DNA of 64,000 bases from an uncultured Verrucomicrobiae bacterium (GTDB taxonomy: Bacteria; Verrucomicrobiota; Verrucomicrobiia; Limisphaerales; Palsa-1400), in NCBI GenBank assembly GCA_963707025.1, contig CAVPOM010000006.1, forward strand, positions 96,001 through 160,000, written 5' to 3'. Each line of letters opens with the position of its first letter. Position 1 is the first letter of the stretch. This document shows, piece after piece, positions 1 to 8,513 of the stretch. A model generated the notes under the pieces. It worked only from the letters and a program-made list of their open reading frames with translations, was not told the origin of the DNA and made no database searches. A program made the translations under genes and the position numbers.

Positions 1-944
1 CAGATGGCGGCCAGGGGATTGATCACGCCCAGGCCGGTGTATTTGGGCGCGCTGCCGCCGATGGGCTCGAACATGCTGGCGCCTTGGGGATTGATGTTGC
101 CGCCGGCGGCGATGCCCATGCCGCCCTGCAGCATGGCGCCCAGATCGGTGATAATGTCGCCAAACATATTGTCCGTGACAATGACATCAAACCACTCCGG
201 ATTCTTGACAAACCACATGGTGGTGGCATCCACATGGGCGTACTCGCGTTTGATGGCGGGAAAATCCCTGGCGCCGACCTCGTGAAAGGCGCGCTCCCAG
301 AGATCGAAGGCGTAGGTCAGGACGTTGGTTTTGCCGGAAAGGGTGAGTTGGGCTTTTTTGCCCGCCTTGAGGTCTTCCGGCTTGAGGCCGGGCCAGGGCT
401 TGCCGGCGCGGCGCCGGCCGGCCAGTTCAAAGGCGTAACGAAGGCAGCGCTCCACCCCCCGGCGGGTGTTGACGCTTTCCTGAATGGCAATTTCATGGGG
501 TGTGCCTTTGAAAACAAACCCGCCGGAGCCGGTGTAAAGCCCCTCGTTGTTTTCGCGGACCACGACAAAATCAATGTCTTGCGGCGTCTTGTCTTTGAGC
601 GGGCAGAAGCGCTGGTCGTAAAGTTTGATCGGGCGCAAATTGATGTATTGTTCCAGCTCGAAGCGGAGGCGGAGCAGAATGCCCTTTTCCAGAATGCCCG
701 GCTTGACGCCGGGATGGCCGATGGCGCCGAGGAGGATGGCGGGGAATTGGCGCAACTCATCCAGCACGCTGTCCGGCAGCGCTTCCTTGGTGCGCAAATA
801 ACGTTCGCCGCCCAAGTCGTAGGAAGTGTAGTTGAGTTTGAGTTTGAACAACCGGCTGGCGGCGTCCAGAACCTTGACCGCCTCGCGCACCACCTCCGGT
901 CCGGTGCCGTCGCCGCCGATGACCGCAATGTTATAGTTTTTCAT
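1..944 (-). CDS. leuB: 3-isopropylmalate dehydrogenase (isocitrate/isopropylmalate family), 3' end outside the window
   Basis: Manual translation from ATG 944: [18 protein letters not shown]...VRENNEGLY...[10 protein letters not shown]...[11 protein letters not shown], the family motifs. Absent from the ORF track because it runs off the edge. Confidence 0.85.
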   Translation of the reverse strand, partial: MKNYNIAVIGGDGTGPEVVREAVKVLDAASRLFKLKLNYTSYDLGGERYLRTKEALPDSVLDELRQFPAILLGAIGHPGVKPGILEKGILLRLRFELEQYINLRPIKLYDQRFCPLKDKTPQDIDFVVVRENNEGLYTGSGGFVFKGTPHEIAIQESVNTRRGVERCLRYAFELAGRRRAGKPWPGLKPEDLKAGKKAQLTLSGKTNVLTYAFDLWERAFHEVGARDFPAIKREYAHVDATTMWFVKNPEWFDVIVTDNMFGDIITDLGAMLQGGMGIAAGGNINPQGASMFEPIGGSAPKYTGLGVINPLAAI

Positions 945-1097
945 GGCCTGATTCCGTGCTCACGGGTTGCTGAGTGGCGATGCTAAGGAATTGCCGCCCG
1001 CTGGCAATCCAAATCGCCGGCTCATGCGTCCGTCATTGCATGGCAGGGCGGGCAAATCATCTTTACAAGATGCCGGGTGGCTGCTAACTTGCAGGTG

Positions 1098-1373
1098 ATG
1101 AGCCAAACTGCCATTTCAGTGACCGAGGCCGCCAAGAATTTTCTGCGCGTGGTTGAAGAGGTCGAGCGCAAAGGCGAGCCGGCGGTGCTCACCCGGGAAG
1201 GCAGGCCGGTAGCCACCCTCAACCCCGTGCCGGGTGTCGCCCAAACCTGCGCCGAGCTGGCCGCGCGCTGGCGGGAGTTGGAAAGATTGCCGGTGGATGA
1301 AGCCAGCGACTTTGCCGACGACCTTGAACTTGGGCGCGCCACGCTGCCACCCGTCAAGCTGGCATGGGACTGA
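1098..1373 (+). CDS. Phd/YefM-family antitoxin
   Basis: MSQTAISVTEAAKNFLRVVEEVERKGEPAVLTREGRPVA; overlaps the downstream PIN gene. Confidence 0.85.
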   Translation: MSQTAISVTEAAKNFLRVVEEVERKGEPAVLTREGRPVATLNPVPGVAQTCAELAARWRELERLPVDEASDFADDLELGRATLPPVKLAWD

Positions 1374-1783
1374 TCCTGGACACTTCGATCTTGATCGCCG
1401 AGGAACGCGGAAGGTTCGACTTGCCCGGCTTTCTCCTCCAATTTCCGGCGCCACAACCACTCATCACGGCCATTACCGCTTGTGAATTGCTTCACGGGGT
1501 CGAACGCGCGCAGGACCCTTCCCGCCGGGCGCGACGCCAGCAACACGTCGAGCAAATCCTGGCTTCCATCTTTGTGCAAAACTTCGATCTGGCCCAGGCC
1601 CGGTTCCATGCCCGCATCTGGGCGGACCTGGAGGTTCGGGGCTTGATGATCGGAGCGCACGACCTGCAAATCGCCGCCGCCGGCCTTGCCTTCGGGCACG
1701 AGGTCGCCACTCTCAATGCCGGGGAATTTCAACGCGTGGCCGGTCTCAGCGTGGTGGACGCCTCGCCGTTTCGCCGCCCCTGA
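1364..1783 (+). CDS. vapC: PIN-domain toxin (VapC family)
   Basis: LILDTSILI, ITACELLHG, GAHDLQIAA and TLNAGEF PIN motifs. Confidence 0.9.
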   Translation: MGLILDTSILIAEERGRFDLPGFLLQFPAPQPLITAITACELLHGVERAQDPSRRARRQQHVEQILASIFVQNFDLAQARFHARIWADLEVRGLMIGAHDLQIAAAGLAFGHEVATLNAGEFQRVAGLSVVDASPFRRP

Positions 1784-1879
1784 CTTACTCGCTTGGGTTC
1801 CAGGCGCATTCGTGGGCGCGGCGGGGTGGAGTTGGGTTTGACTTTGAACTATCGGGCGGCAACGGTGTCCAAATTCGAT

Positions 1880-2260
1880 ATGGCCCGCAAAACCAGCAAA
1901 ATGGGTGGATTTACGGTGACTGAAATATGCATCGCGGTTGTGCTCATCGTTCTGTTGGTTGCGGTCGCGATTCCGAGGTTTGTTCGCAAACCCCCTATGC
2001 ACCCGGCGCATATGGCTTGCATCCCCGATCTCCGAATCATCAACGCTGCCAAGGGACAATGGGCGTTAGAATTTCAGAAAAAGAACACGGACACTCCTGG
2101 CGACAGCGACCTCCAGTCATACATAGGCCGCGGCTCTGCGGGCGAATTAACCGTTTGCCCGGTTGATCCCAAGCAAACGTTTGACACCAGTTATTCAGTC
2201 AACAACGTCGGCACCAAGCCGACCTGCAAAATCATGCCGACCCTGCACATTTTGCCCTGA
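1880..2260 (+). CDS. Type IV pilin-like protein
   Basis: Class III signal G|FTVTE plus hydrophobic helix; AC..DLRIINAAKGQWALE...CP...PTC pattern. Confidence 0.75.
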   Translation: MARKTSKMGGFTVTEICIAVVLIVLLVAVAIPRFVRKPPMHPAHMACIPDLRIINAAKGQWALEFQKKNTDTPGDSDLQSYIGRGSAGELTVCPVDPKQTFDTSYSVNNVGTKPTCKIMPTLHILP

Positions 2261-2297
2261 GCAACCAGTCGGCTTTGGACTGGCCGGGACCGGCAGA

Positions 2298-2353
2298 GAC
2301 TCCGTCGGGCCGCGGAATTTTCCCAAGTAATCGAGTTTCGGCTCGACGGAGTT
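2298..2353. repeat. REP-like imperfect inverted repeat
   Basis: gactccgtcgggccg (2298-2312) versus cggctcgacggagtt (2339-2353), 13/15 complementary, intergenic. Confidence 0.6.
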
Positions 2354-2458
2354 TGGCCCTGCCACGCGTGACGCCTTTCCCAGGCACAATCCAAATCGCC
2401 GGCGGAATGAACTTGGAAAGGGGAATTTTCCCGGTAGAGTGCAAAGCCGAGCTTGAAC

Positions 2459-3538
2459 ATGGAACCCATTGCTTTCGTAGCCGCGTCGGCCGAGGAGGCC
2501 GTGGCGCAGATTCGCGCCAGATTGGGGCCGGAGGCGGTGGTGCTCAATGTGCGCCCGCTGCCCGCGCACGGCCTGGCCCGCCTCTGGCAAAAGCCCATGA
2601 TCGAGGTGCTGGCTCATCGTCCCGAAACGGCGCCCCCGCCCGCCGCCCCCCTTTCGCAGGCCCTGGCCGAATTCCGCCAGCGCCTGGACCAAATCGAACA
2701 GCACGTCAAATCGCCCGCCGGAAAGACGGAGGCCGGCCCGGCCGCGCTGCCGGAATTTGCCGCGCCCGTTGCGCCGTTGGACTCCGGCGGCTGGCGCATC
2801 GGCGGGGTGCTGCAACAAACCGGGCTGCTGCCGCTCCATGCCCAGCGCGTGCTTGACCAGGTGCGCTCGCAGCACGGAGAAAGACCGCCTCCATCGCTGG
2901 GAGAGGAAATCGGGCTGGCCCGCGCCTTGCTGGCGGCGGCCTGGCGGCCGTGCCCACCCTGCCCCGAGCACGGCCTGCATGTGGTGATCGGGCCGGCGGG
3001 CTCGGGCAAAACGACCTGCCTTTGCAAATGGCTCACCCAGGCGGCGCTGGTGGAAGGGCGCCTGGCCCGGGTGTGGCGTCTGGACGGAACGACGGCGAAC
3101 ATGGCGGAATCCCTGACCGTATATTGTGAAATTCTGCATGTGCCCAGCGAACGGGCCTGGGGCAGCGGTGTCAAACAAATTGCCGAGGACATTGGTTTCA
3201 TTGATTTGCCCGGGGTGGATTGGCGCGGGCCCGGGGCCATCCAGGAATTGGCCGGCCAGTTGCAGCAACTCGGCGCGCCCCGCCTGCATCTGGCCCTCAA
3301 CGGCGCCTACGATCTGGCTGTGATGGTGGCGCAAGTGCGGGCCTTCGGCGTCCTGCCGGTGGAGGATTTGATCATCACCCACCTGGACGAGGAAAGCCGC
3401 TGGGGAAAGATCTGGAACCTGGTCCTGGGCGCCAACTACCCCATCCGCTTTCTGAGCACCGGCCAGAACATTCCGGGCGATTTCTGCGCCGCCTCCGCCG
3501 AAGTCATCCTGGCCCGGCAGTTTCCCCAGGTACGTTGA
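2459..3538 (+). CDS. flhF: FlhF-like SRP-family GTPase
   Basis: N-terminal FVAASAEEAVAQIRARLGPEAVVLNVR; GPAGSGKTT P-loop; DLPG, THLDE and STGQNIPGD motifs. Confidence 0.75.
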   Translation: MEPIAFVAASAEEAVAQIRARLGPEAVVLNVRPLPAHGLARLWQKPMIEVLAHRPETAPPPAAPLSQALAEFRQRLDQIEQHVKSPAGKTEAGPAALPEFAAPVAPLDSGGWRIGGVLQQTGLLPLHAQRVLDQVRSQHGERPPPSLGEEIGLARALLAAAWRPCPPCPEHGLHVVIGPAGSGKTTCLCKWLTQAALVEGRLARVWRLDGTTANMAESLTVYCEILHVPSERAWGSGVKQIAEDIGFIDLPGVDWRGPGAIQELAGQLQQLGAPRLHLALNGAYDLAVMVAQVRAFGVLPVEDLIITHLDEESRWGKIWNLVLGANYPIRFLSTGQNIPGDFCAASAEVILARQFPQVR

Positions 3539-3638
3539 GGAACTCGTCCTCCGCACATTACGCCAGTTTACAAACGAAGCGGGCAAGAAAAGAGGTCAAC
3601 CCTTTCGGATCACCCATTCGCAATTGCGAGAAGTTGAT

Positions 3639-3932
3639 TTAACTGAGCCGTTTCCGCCAGTAACCTGGCCGACGTTTCATGTGCATGACCGCGACGATCC
3701 ACACACGATCCGGCTGTTCCAGATAAACGACCGAATAAGGGAATTCTTGGGACAACGCGCGCCGCGCGGGCGGACTGAAACGAAAGAAGCGGCCGGGTTG
3801 GTCGCATACGGCATGAATGAGCCGTTCGATTTCGCGGTAAAACCGCGCGCCCAACTGCGGGTCAACTTCGCCGTAATAACGCACGGCTTCGTCAAATTCG
3901 GCATCCGCTTCGGGATGAATCGCGTGTCTCAC
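3639..3932 (-). CDS. RelE/ParE-family toxin
   Basis: HPEADAEFDEAVRYY...FPYSVVY...IVAVMHMKRRPGYW. Confidence 0.85.
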   Translation of the reverse strand: MRHAIHPEADAEFDEAVRYYGEVDPQLGARFYREIERLIHAVCDQPGRFFRFSPPARRALSQEFPYSVVYLEQPDRVWIVAVMHMKRRPGYWRKRLS

Positions 3933-4159
3933 AGGCCCGCGATTTTGCGGATGCGGTCCAGGGATTCTTCAACCGGGATGCCCTGAACCTTGCCGGTTTG
4001 AATCTCCTCGACGCGGCGGGAGATTTCCGTTTGCCAGGCCGCTTCGATTTCCGGGTCGGCCAGGCGCAGGTCTTCAGTCAAACGACCCACCAATTCCCCG
4101 ACCTTCTCCGGCGGCCAATGGCGGGTTTCTTCCACGATTTGTTCCAGCGTTATCGGCAT
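3929..4159 (-). CDS. Putative addiction-module antitoxin
   Basis: 76 aa with EIEAAWQTEISRRVEEIQTGKVQGIP; 4-nt overlap with the toxin. Confidence 0.85.
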   Translation of the reverse strand: MPITLEQIVEETRHWPPEKVGELVGRLTEDLRLADPEIEAAWQTEISRRVEEIQTGKVQGIPVEESLDRIRKIAGL

Positions 4160-4245
4160 CGTGTGTTTAGCATAAGAGATCCCCGTGTTGGATTCAACCC
4201 CCTTTCTTTTAATACTATTAAATAGAATAAAATGAATGAAATATG

Positions 4246-4273
4246 TTGCAAATGATAGTGAATGATGTATAAT
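4246..4273 (+). promoter_or_regulatory. Sigma-70-type promoter
   Basis: TTGCAA-16 nt-TATAAT inside an AT-rich patch upstream of the HTH gene. Confidence 0.65.
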
Positions 4274-4298
4274 GCAGTTAAATAGAACAAATTCACCT

Positions 4299-4769
4299 AT
4301 GGAAAACACTGAAAACACGAAGAAAATGAAGTGGTATTCGATCCGGGAGGCGGCCGAATATCTGGATGTGGGCGAGCCGACCCTCTACCGCTGGATGCGC
4401 GACGGCAAAATCACCTTCCGCAAAGTCGGCGATTCCACCCGTTTCTGGCAGGAGGACCTGGATTCGGTCATGCAGATCTCCTACAGCACCAAGGACGTGG
4501 CCAAGGCGCGGGAAGTCTGCCCGGTCTGCCGGCATGACGAATTGGTGGAAGGCAAGGTGCGGGGCGCCGGACTGGTTTATTTCGTGCCCAAAAAGACGAA
4601 ATTCTGGACGCTCAAGGACAGTTTCGTCGAAACGACCGGGCGGATGTGTGCGCGGTGCGGGGCGATTTCTTGGTTTGGCGACACTGCCAAACTGGCCAAA
4701 CTCCGCATCCCATCCCCCGCGAAAGAGGCCGATGAGGTCGCGCCCTCCGCAGAAAAACCGGAACCTTGA
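4299..4769 (+). CDS. Excisionase-like helix-turn-helix protein with C-terminal zinc ribbon
   Basis: WYSIREAAEYLDVGEPTLYRWMRDGKI; CPVC...CARC. Confidence 0.8.
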   Translation: MENTENTKKMKWYSIREAAEYLDVGEPTLYRWMRDGKITFRKVGDSTRFWQEDLDSVMQISYSTKDVAKAREVCPVCRHDELVEGKVRGAGLVYFVPKKTKFWTLKDSFVETTGRMCARCGAISWFGDTAKLAKLRIPSPAKEADEVAPSAEKPEP

Positions 4770-4797
4770 ATTGCACTCACCAACTCGCGAAGGCGTT

Positions 4798-5550
4798 ATG
4801 AAACCAACATTGAATCATCGTCGGACGGCTTTCACTCTCATCGAGGTGCTCGCCATTATCCTTGTGATCGGTGTGCTGGCTTTAATCTATTTGCCGACCG
4901 TGGCCAGGCGCCCATACCACGGCGCCAGTCGTATCGGTTGCCTTAACAACCTCAAGGAAATCGGCGTGGGTTACAGGCTTTGGGCGGGAGATAATGGGGA
5001 TTTAGTGCCTGCCCAGCAGACGGTGATCAGCAACGGATGGAAGGATTTCCTCACCAACGCCAACCAAGGCTCAAACTGCTGGAGGAATTACGCGATTATG
5101 GGGAACGAGCTTGGGCAATCTCCAATACTGGTGATGTGCCCAAACGACGAACGGCAGGCCGCGCTCACTTTCACCAACAACTTCGATAACACTCACGTCT
5201 CGTACTTTGTGGGCGTGAATGCAAACAACGTCTATCCTCAATCAATCGCAGGCGGGGACCGAAACCTCGGCCCCGGCACCGTGCCCGACCCCGATTACGG
5301 CTACTCCCCCAAAAACGGGAAAGGCAACGACGTTACCATCCCAATCACCGGCCCTGTTTCGTGGTCATTGAAAATGCATTCAGGCGGAAACCCTCCGGGG
5401 TCCGGCAACATCTTGCTCGGCGATGGCAGCGGCCAACAAATGTCCAGCGCCAGCTTCAACCGGGACTGGCTGCGCAACGCGCAAGGAACCAACAACTGGC
5501 CGGCCGGCCGCGTCCCCGCCACTCCCTCCATCCGCCTGGTTTTTCCGTGA
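4798..5550 (+). CDS. Prepilin-type protein with H-X9-DG-like C-terminus
   Basis: RRTA|FTLIEVLAII; CLNNLKEIG; CPND; MH...GNILLGDGS. Confidence 0.85.
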   Translation: MKPTLNHRRTAFTLIEVLAIILVIGVLALIYLPTVARRPYHGASRIGCLNNLKEIGVGYRLWAGDNGDLVPAQQTVISNGWKDFLTNANQGSNCWRNYAIMGNELGQSPILVMCPNDERQAALTFTNNFDNTHVSYFVGVNANNVYPQSIAGGDRNLGPGTVPDPDYGYSPKNGKGNDVTIPITGPVSWSLKMHSGGNPPGSGNILLGDGSGQQMSSASFNRDWLRNAQGTNNWPAGRVPATPSIRLVFP

Positions 5551-6308
5551 TTATGAAACTCACCTTAAGCCAACGGCGGACGGCGCTCACTCGAACGGAC
5601 GTGATCGCCATAACATTCGTTGGTTTTATGCTGGTGGCCTTGGTCCTCCCCCACACGATGAAACGGAAGTCGGCGGCCCAACGCATCAGTTGCTTGAATA
5701 ATCTCAAAGAAACCGGCAACGCTTATTGTATTTGGGCCGAGGATCATGGCGACCGCAACCCCGCCGAGCAGACGGTGGCCCAGGGCGGATGGGCAGATTT
5801 GCTCACCAATGCCGATCAAGGCGCAATCTGCTGGACCAATTACCTGATCATGGCCAACGAGTTCGAAGGATGTCTGCGGCCGGTCACTTGCACGCAAGAC
5901 GAACGGCATCCGCCAGCAAACTTCAAAACGGATTTCAAGAACAATTCGCACGTCTCATACTTCGTTGGTGTCAGCGCGAACGACACTTTTCCACAGTCCA
6001 TCCAAGGCGGCGATCGCAATTTAGGCTACGGACCCGCGGCTTATCGCGGATATGGCTACTCCCCTGAAACCGGGAAGGGCAACGACGTGGCCATCCAGAC
6101 GAATTCATTATTCAAGCCAGTCTCATGGTCCTCGAAAATGCATTCCGGTGCTGGCAACATTTTGCTCGCTGATGGCAGTGGGCAAACGACCTCCAGCGCG
6201 CATTTCCGCCAAGATTGGCTGAGTCACGCCGAGCCAACCACCAACTGGCCCGCCGGCCGCGTCCCCGCCACTCCCTCCATCCGCCTGGTTTTTCCGTGAT
6301 TATGAAAC
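5493..6308 (+). repeat. 67-bp direct repeat at 5493-5559 and 6242-6308
   Basis: 66/67 identical by manual alignment; spans stop codon, 2-nt spacer and the next ATG. Confidence 0.95.
5553..6299 (+). CDS. Paralogous prepilin-like H-X9-DG protein with degenerate N-methylation site
   Basis: RRTALTRTDV leader; CLNNLKETG; HSGAGNILLADG; same C-terminus as the previous gene. Confidence 0.8.
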   Translation: MKLTLSQRRTALTRTDVIAITFVGFMLVALVLPHTMKRKSAAQRISCLNNLKETGNAYCIWAEDHGDRNPAEQTVAQGGWADLLTNADQGAICWTNYLIMANEFEGCLRPVTCTQDERHPPANFKTDFKNNSHVSYFVGVSANDTFPQSIQGGDRNLGYGPAAYRGYGYSPETGKGNDVAIQTNSLFKPVSWSSKMHSGAGNILLADGSGQTTSSAHFRQDWLSHAEPTTNWPAGRVPATPSIRLVFP

Positions 6309-8291
6309 CGGCCTTGGATAGACGGCGGACGGTTTTCACAATCATTGGAATGCTCGTGGTCAGGAGGTTTGCCGGCTGCTTGTTGTTCCTTGTTCTGTCG
6401 GCGGCGGCCCAGGAAACCAACGTTGATCGGTCGCAGAGGCGTGGCCCGAAGGAAAGCGTGCCGGCGGTTGGAACAAATCTGGCTCTGCCGTGGTCAAACG
6501 GCCAACCGCCCCTGCTTTGGCGCGCACGTCTCGGCGAAGGCTATTCCGGAACGGCCGTCGCGGAGGAACGGGCCTATACACAAATGCAAACGCGGGCGGG
6601 GCAATACGTGGTGTGCCTGGACCTCGCTTCGGGCCGTCTTCTCTGGCGGACGCGCTGCAATTTCCCTTGGCAAACAGGCGGAGAATTTCCCGGTCCGTAT
6701 GCCACGCCAGTATGCAAATCGGGGAAGGTCTATTATGCCGATTGCCAGGGGCAGGCCGGCTGCCTGGATGCCCGAAGTGGAAGAACCCTGTGGACGGTCA
6801 ATCTGACCAGGAAGTTCCAAGGCGAAGGAACCGGATCCGGGTATGCCTGTTCACCGCTGGTGGACGAGGAGAGGGTCATTCTGCCGGTGGGTGGCCGGGG
6901 CGCCTCTGTGGTCGCCTGCTCAACACGGGATGGTTCCGTCCTCTGGAAATCGGGCGATGACGCCGCCAGTTATTCCTCGACTCTCGCGATTCAAGTGCAG
7001 GGCCATCGCCAGGTGGTGTCCTTTCTCCAAAATGCGCTGGTGGCCCATGATCCGCTGACCGGCCGGGAACTTTGGCGTGACCGCTGGAACTCGCCCGGGT
7101 ATGACGAGCATAACACCGCCCCGCTTTATCAAGAGCCCTACATTTTCTGCGCCGCCTCCTTCAAGAGCGGCGCGCGCGTCCTGAAACTTGGGTATGAAAG
7201 CGGAAGGGCCAAAGCCGAATTGGTTTGGCAGAGCCAGGCTCTCTGCAACGACATTTTTTCTTCGGTCATCGTCGGAGGTTTTATCTATGGTTCTGGCGTG
7301 GAGCAGATCGAGGTCAATCCAGACGGTGGCACGCGCAGCCAATTCAAATGCCTGGAGCTAACCACCGGGCGGGTGGCTTGGTCTTCGGTGGCCCATGGGC
7401 ATGCCAGCGTACTTTTTTATGACGACAAACTGTTTCTGGTCAACGAGTCGGGGGTCCTGATCGTGGTCGAACCCAGTCCGGCCGGCTACCGGGAGTTGGC
7501 CCGGAGCCAGGTCGTCGAAGGGAAAAAACCATGCTGGACAACGCCGAGCATATATCAGGGACGCTTGCTGGTCCGAAATCAAGAGATGCTGGCCTGTTAC
7601 CAGATTGGAAGCCTGCCGCCAGGCGCGGACCCCGGAACCCATGCAAAGGGTCTTGAGAGCACGATCCCCGCGGGCTACGATTTCCCGGCCAGTCTCACCA
7701 CACAAAGCCGGGATTGCACTTTGTTGGAACACCAGTCTTGCCTGGCTGGACCGGCACCATTACTCCGCATACTGGATTCCATCCCCCGGCGAGTTGGCGC
7801 GCTGGTTCGACTGCTGTGCTGGCTTGCTTGGTTTCGCGGCGGGCCTGGCGTGGATGATGCGGAAGTTCGTTGACCCGTGGCTGGCATTTTCGGTTCTGAG
7901 CGTCGTGTTCGGCATCCTGGGGCTTCCCATCTGCTCGGTCTTGACGGGTCAACTGGTGTTTACCTGGCCGGTGGCTTGTCACGCTTGCTTTGTTTTCTTG
8001 CTCACCGCGCGCGGCGGGCCGCTTCGGTTGGGAAAGATCATGCCGCGAGTCTGCCTGGCCCTCTTTGCCCTTGCCTGCATGGGTTATTACTTTGTGTGCC
8101 GTCAATTCTACCTTCTCTCTGGCATGGGTTTCCTGGCCGGATTCCTGCCGGCATTGCCCGCGACCCTGTGGTTTGAGCGCGCCGCGCGTGAAAGGCCCCT
8201 TCGCATCAGGGCGCTGCTGGCGTTCCTCCTTTCCTTCTCACTCTACTTCTGGGGATCTGCCTTGATCATCCTGTGGAGGATGGGGCGGTGA
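6302..8291 (+). CDS. PQQ/BamB-like beta-propeller protein with C-terminal membrane domain, frameshifted near 7610-7740
   Basis: Repeated CLD..SG..LW blades, GPYATP, WTTPSI; the hydrophobic tail continues in another frame (ORF 7605-8291). Alternative start at ATG 6350. Confidence 0.75.
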
Positions 8292-8338
8292 TCTGCGTGC
8301 AAATGCCACCCCAATCATTAAATTGTCGTGCCGAATCA

Positions 8339-8456
8339 TTGCGCCTTTGCGTTAAAAGGTCTTTCTTGGGCGAGGGGGCCTCTCACCACGGGGAGCTATA
8401 GGCCATTGACCACGCGGCGAATTCCATTTTATTCTTTTTTTAACGCAAAGGCGCAA
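8339..8456. repeat. Perfect 19-bp inverted repeat between convergent genes
   Basis: ttgcgcctttgcgttaaaa (8339-8357) and ttttaacgcaaaggcgcaa (8438-8456). Confidence 0.85.
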
Positions 8457-8513
8457 GGGCGCAAAGCCGCCAAGCAAGATTTCCATTCCGTGCATCGCGC
8501 TCATGCCTGCAGT

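Noticed and set aside
1000..4200. Gene-end duplication scars around the first two TA modules (and vapBC at 30449)
   Set aside because: Looked for by eye and not found.
4299..4769. Prophage or ICE suggested by the excisionase-like gene
   Set aside because: No integrase, att site, tRNA or phage gene nearby.
4798..6308. Diversity-generating retroelement or shufflon at the pilin repeats
   Set aside because: No reverse transcriptase or invertase in the window; the repeats are direct and the single mismatch is G/C, not adenine-specific.
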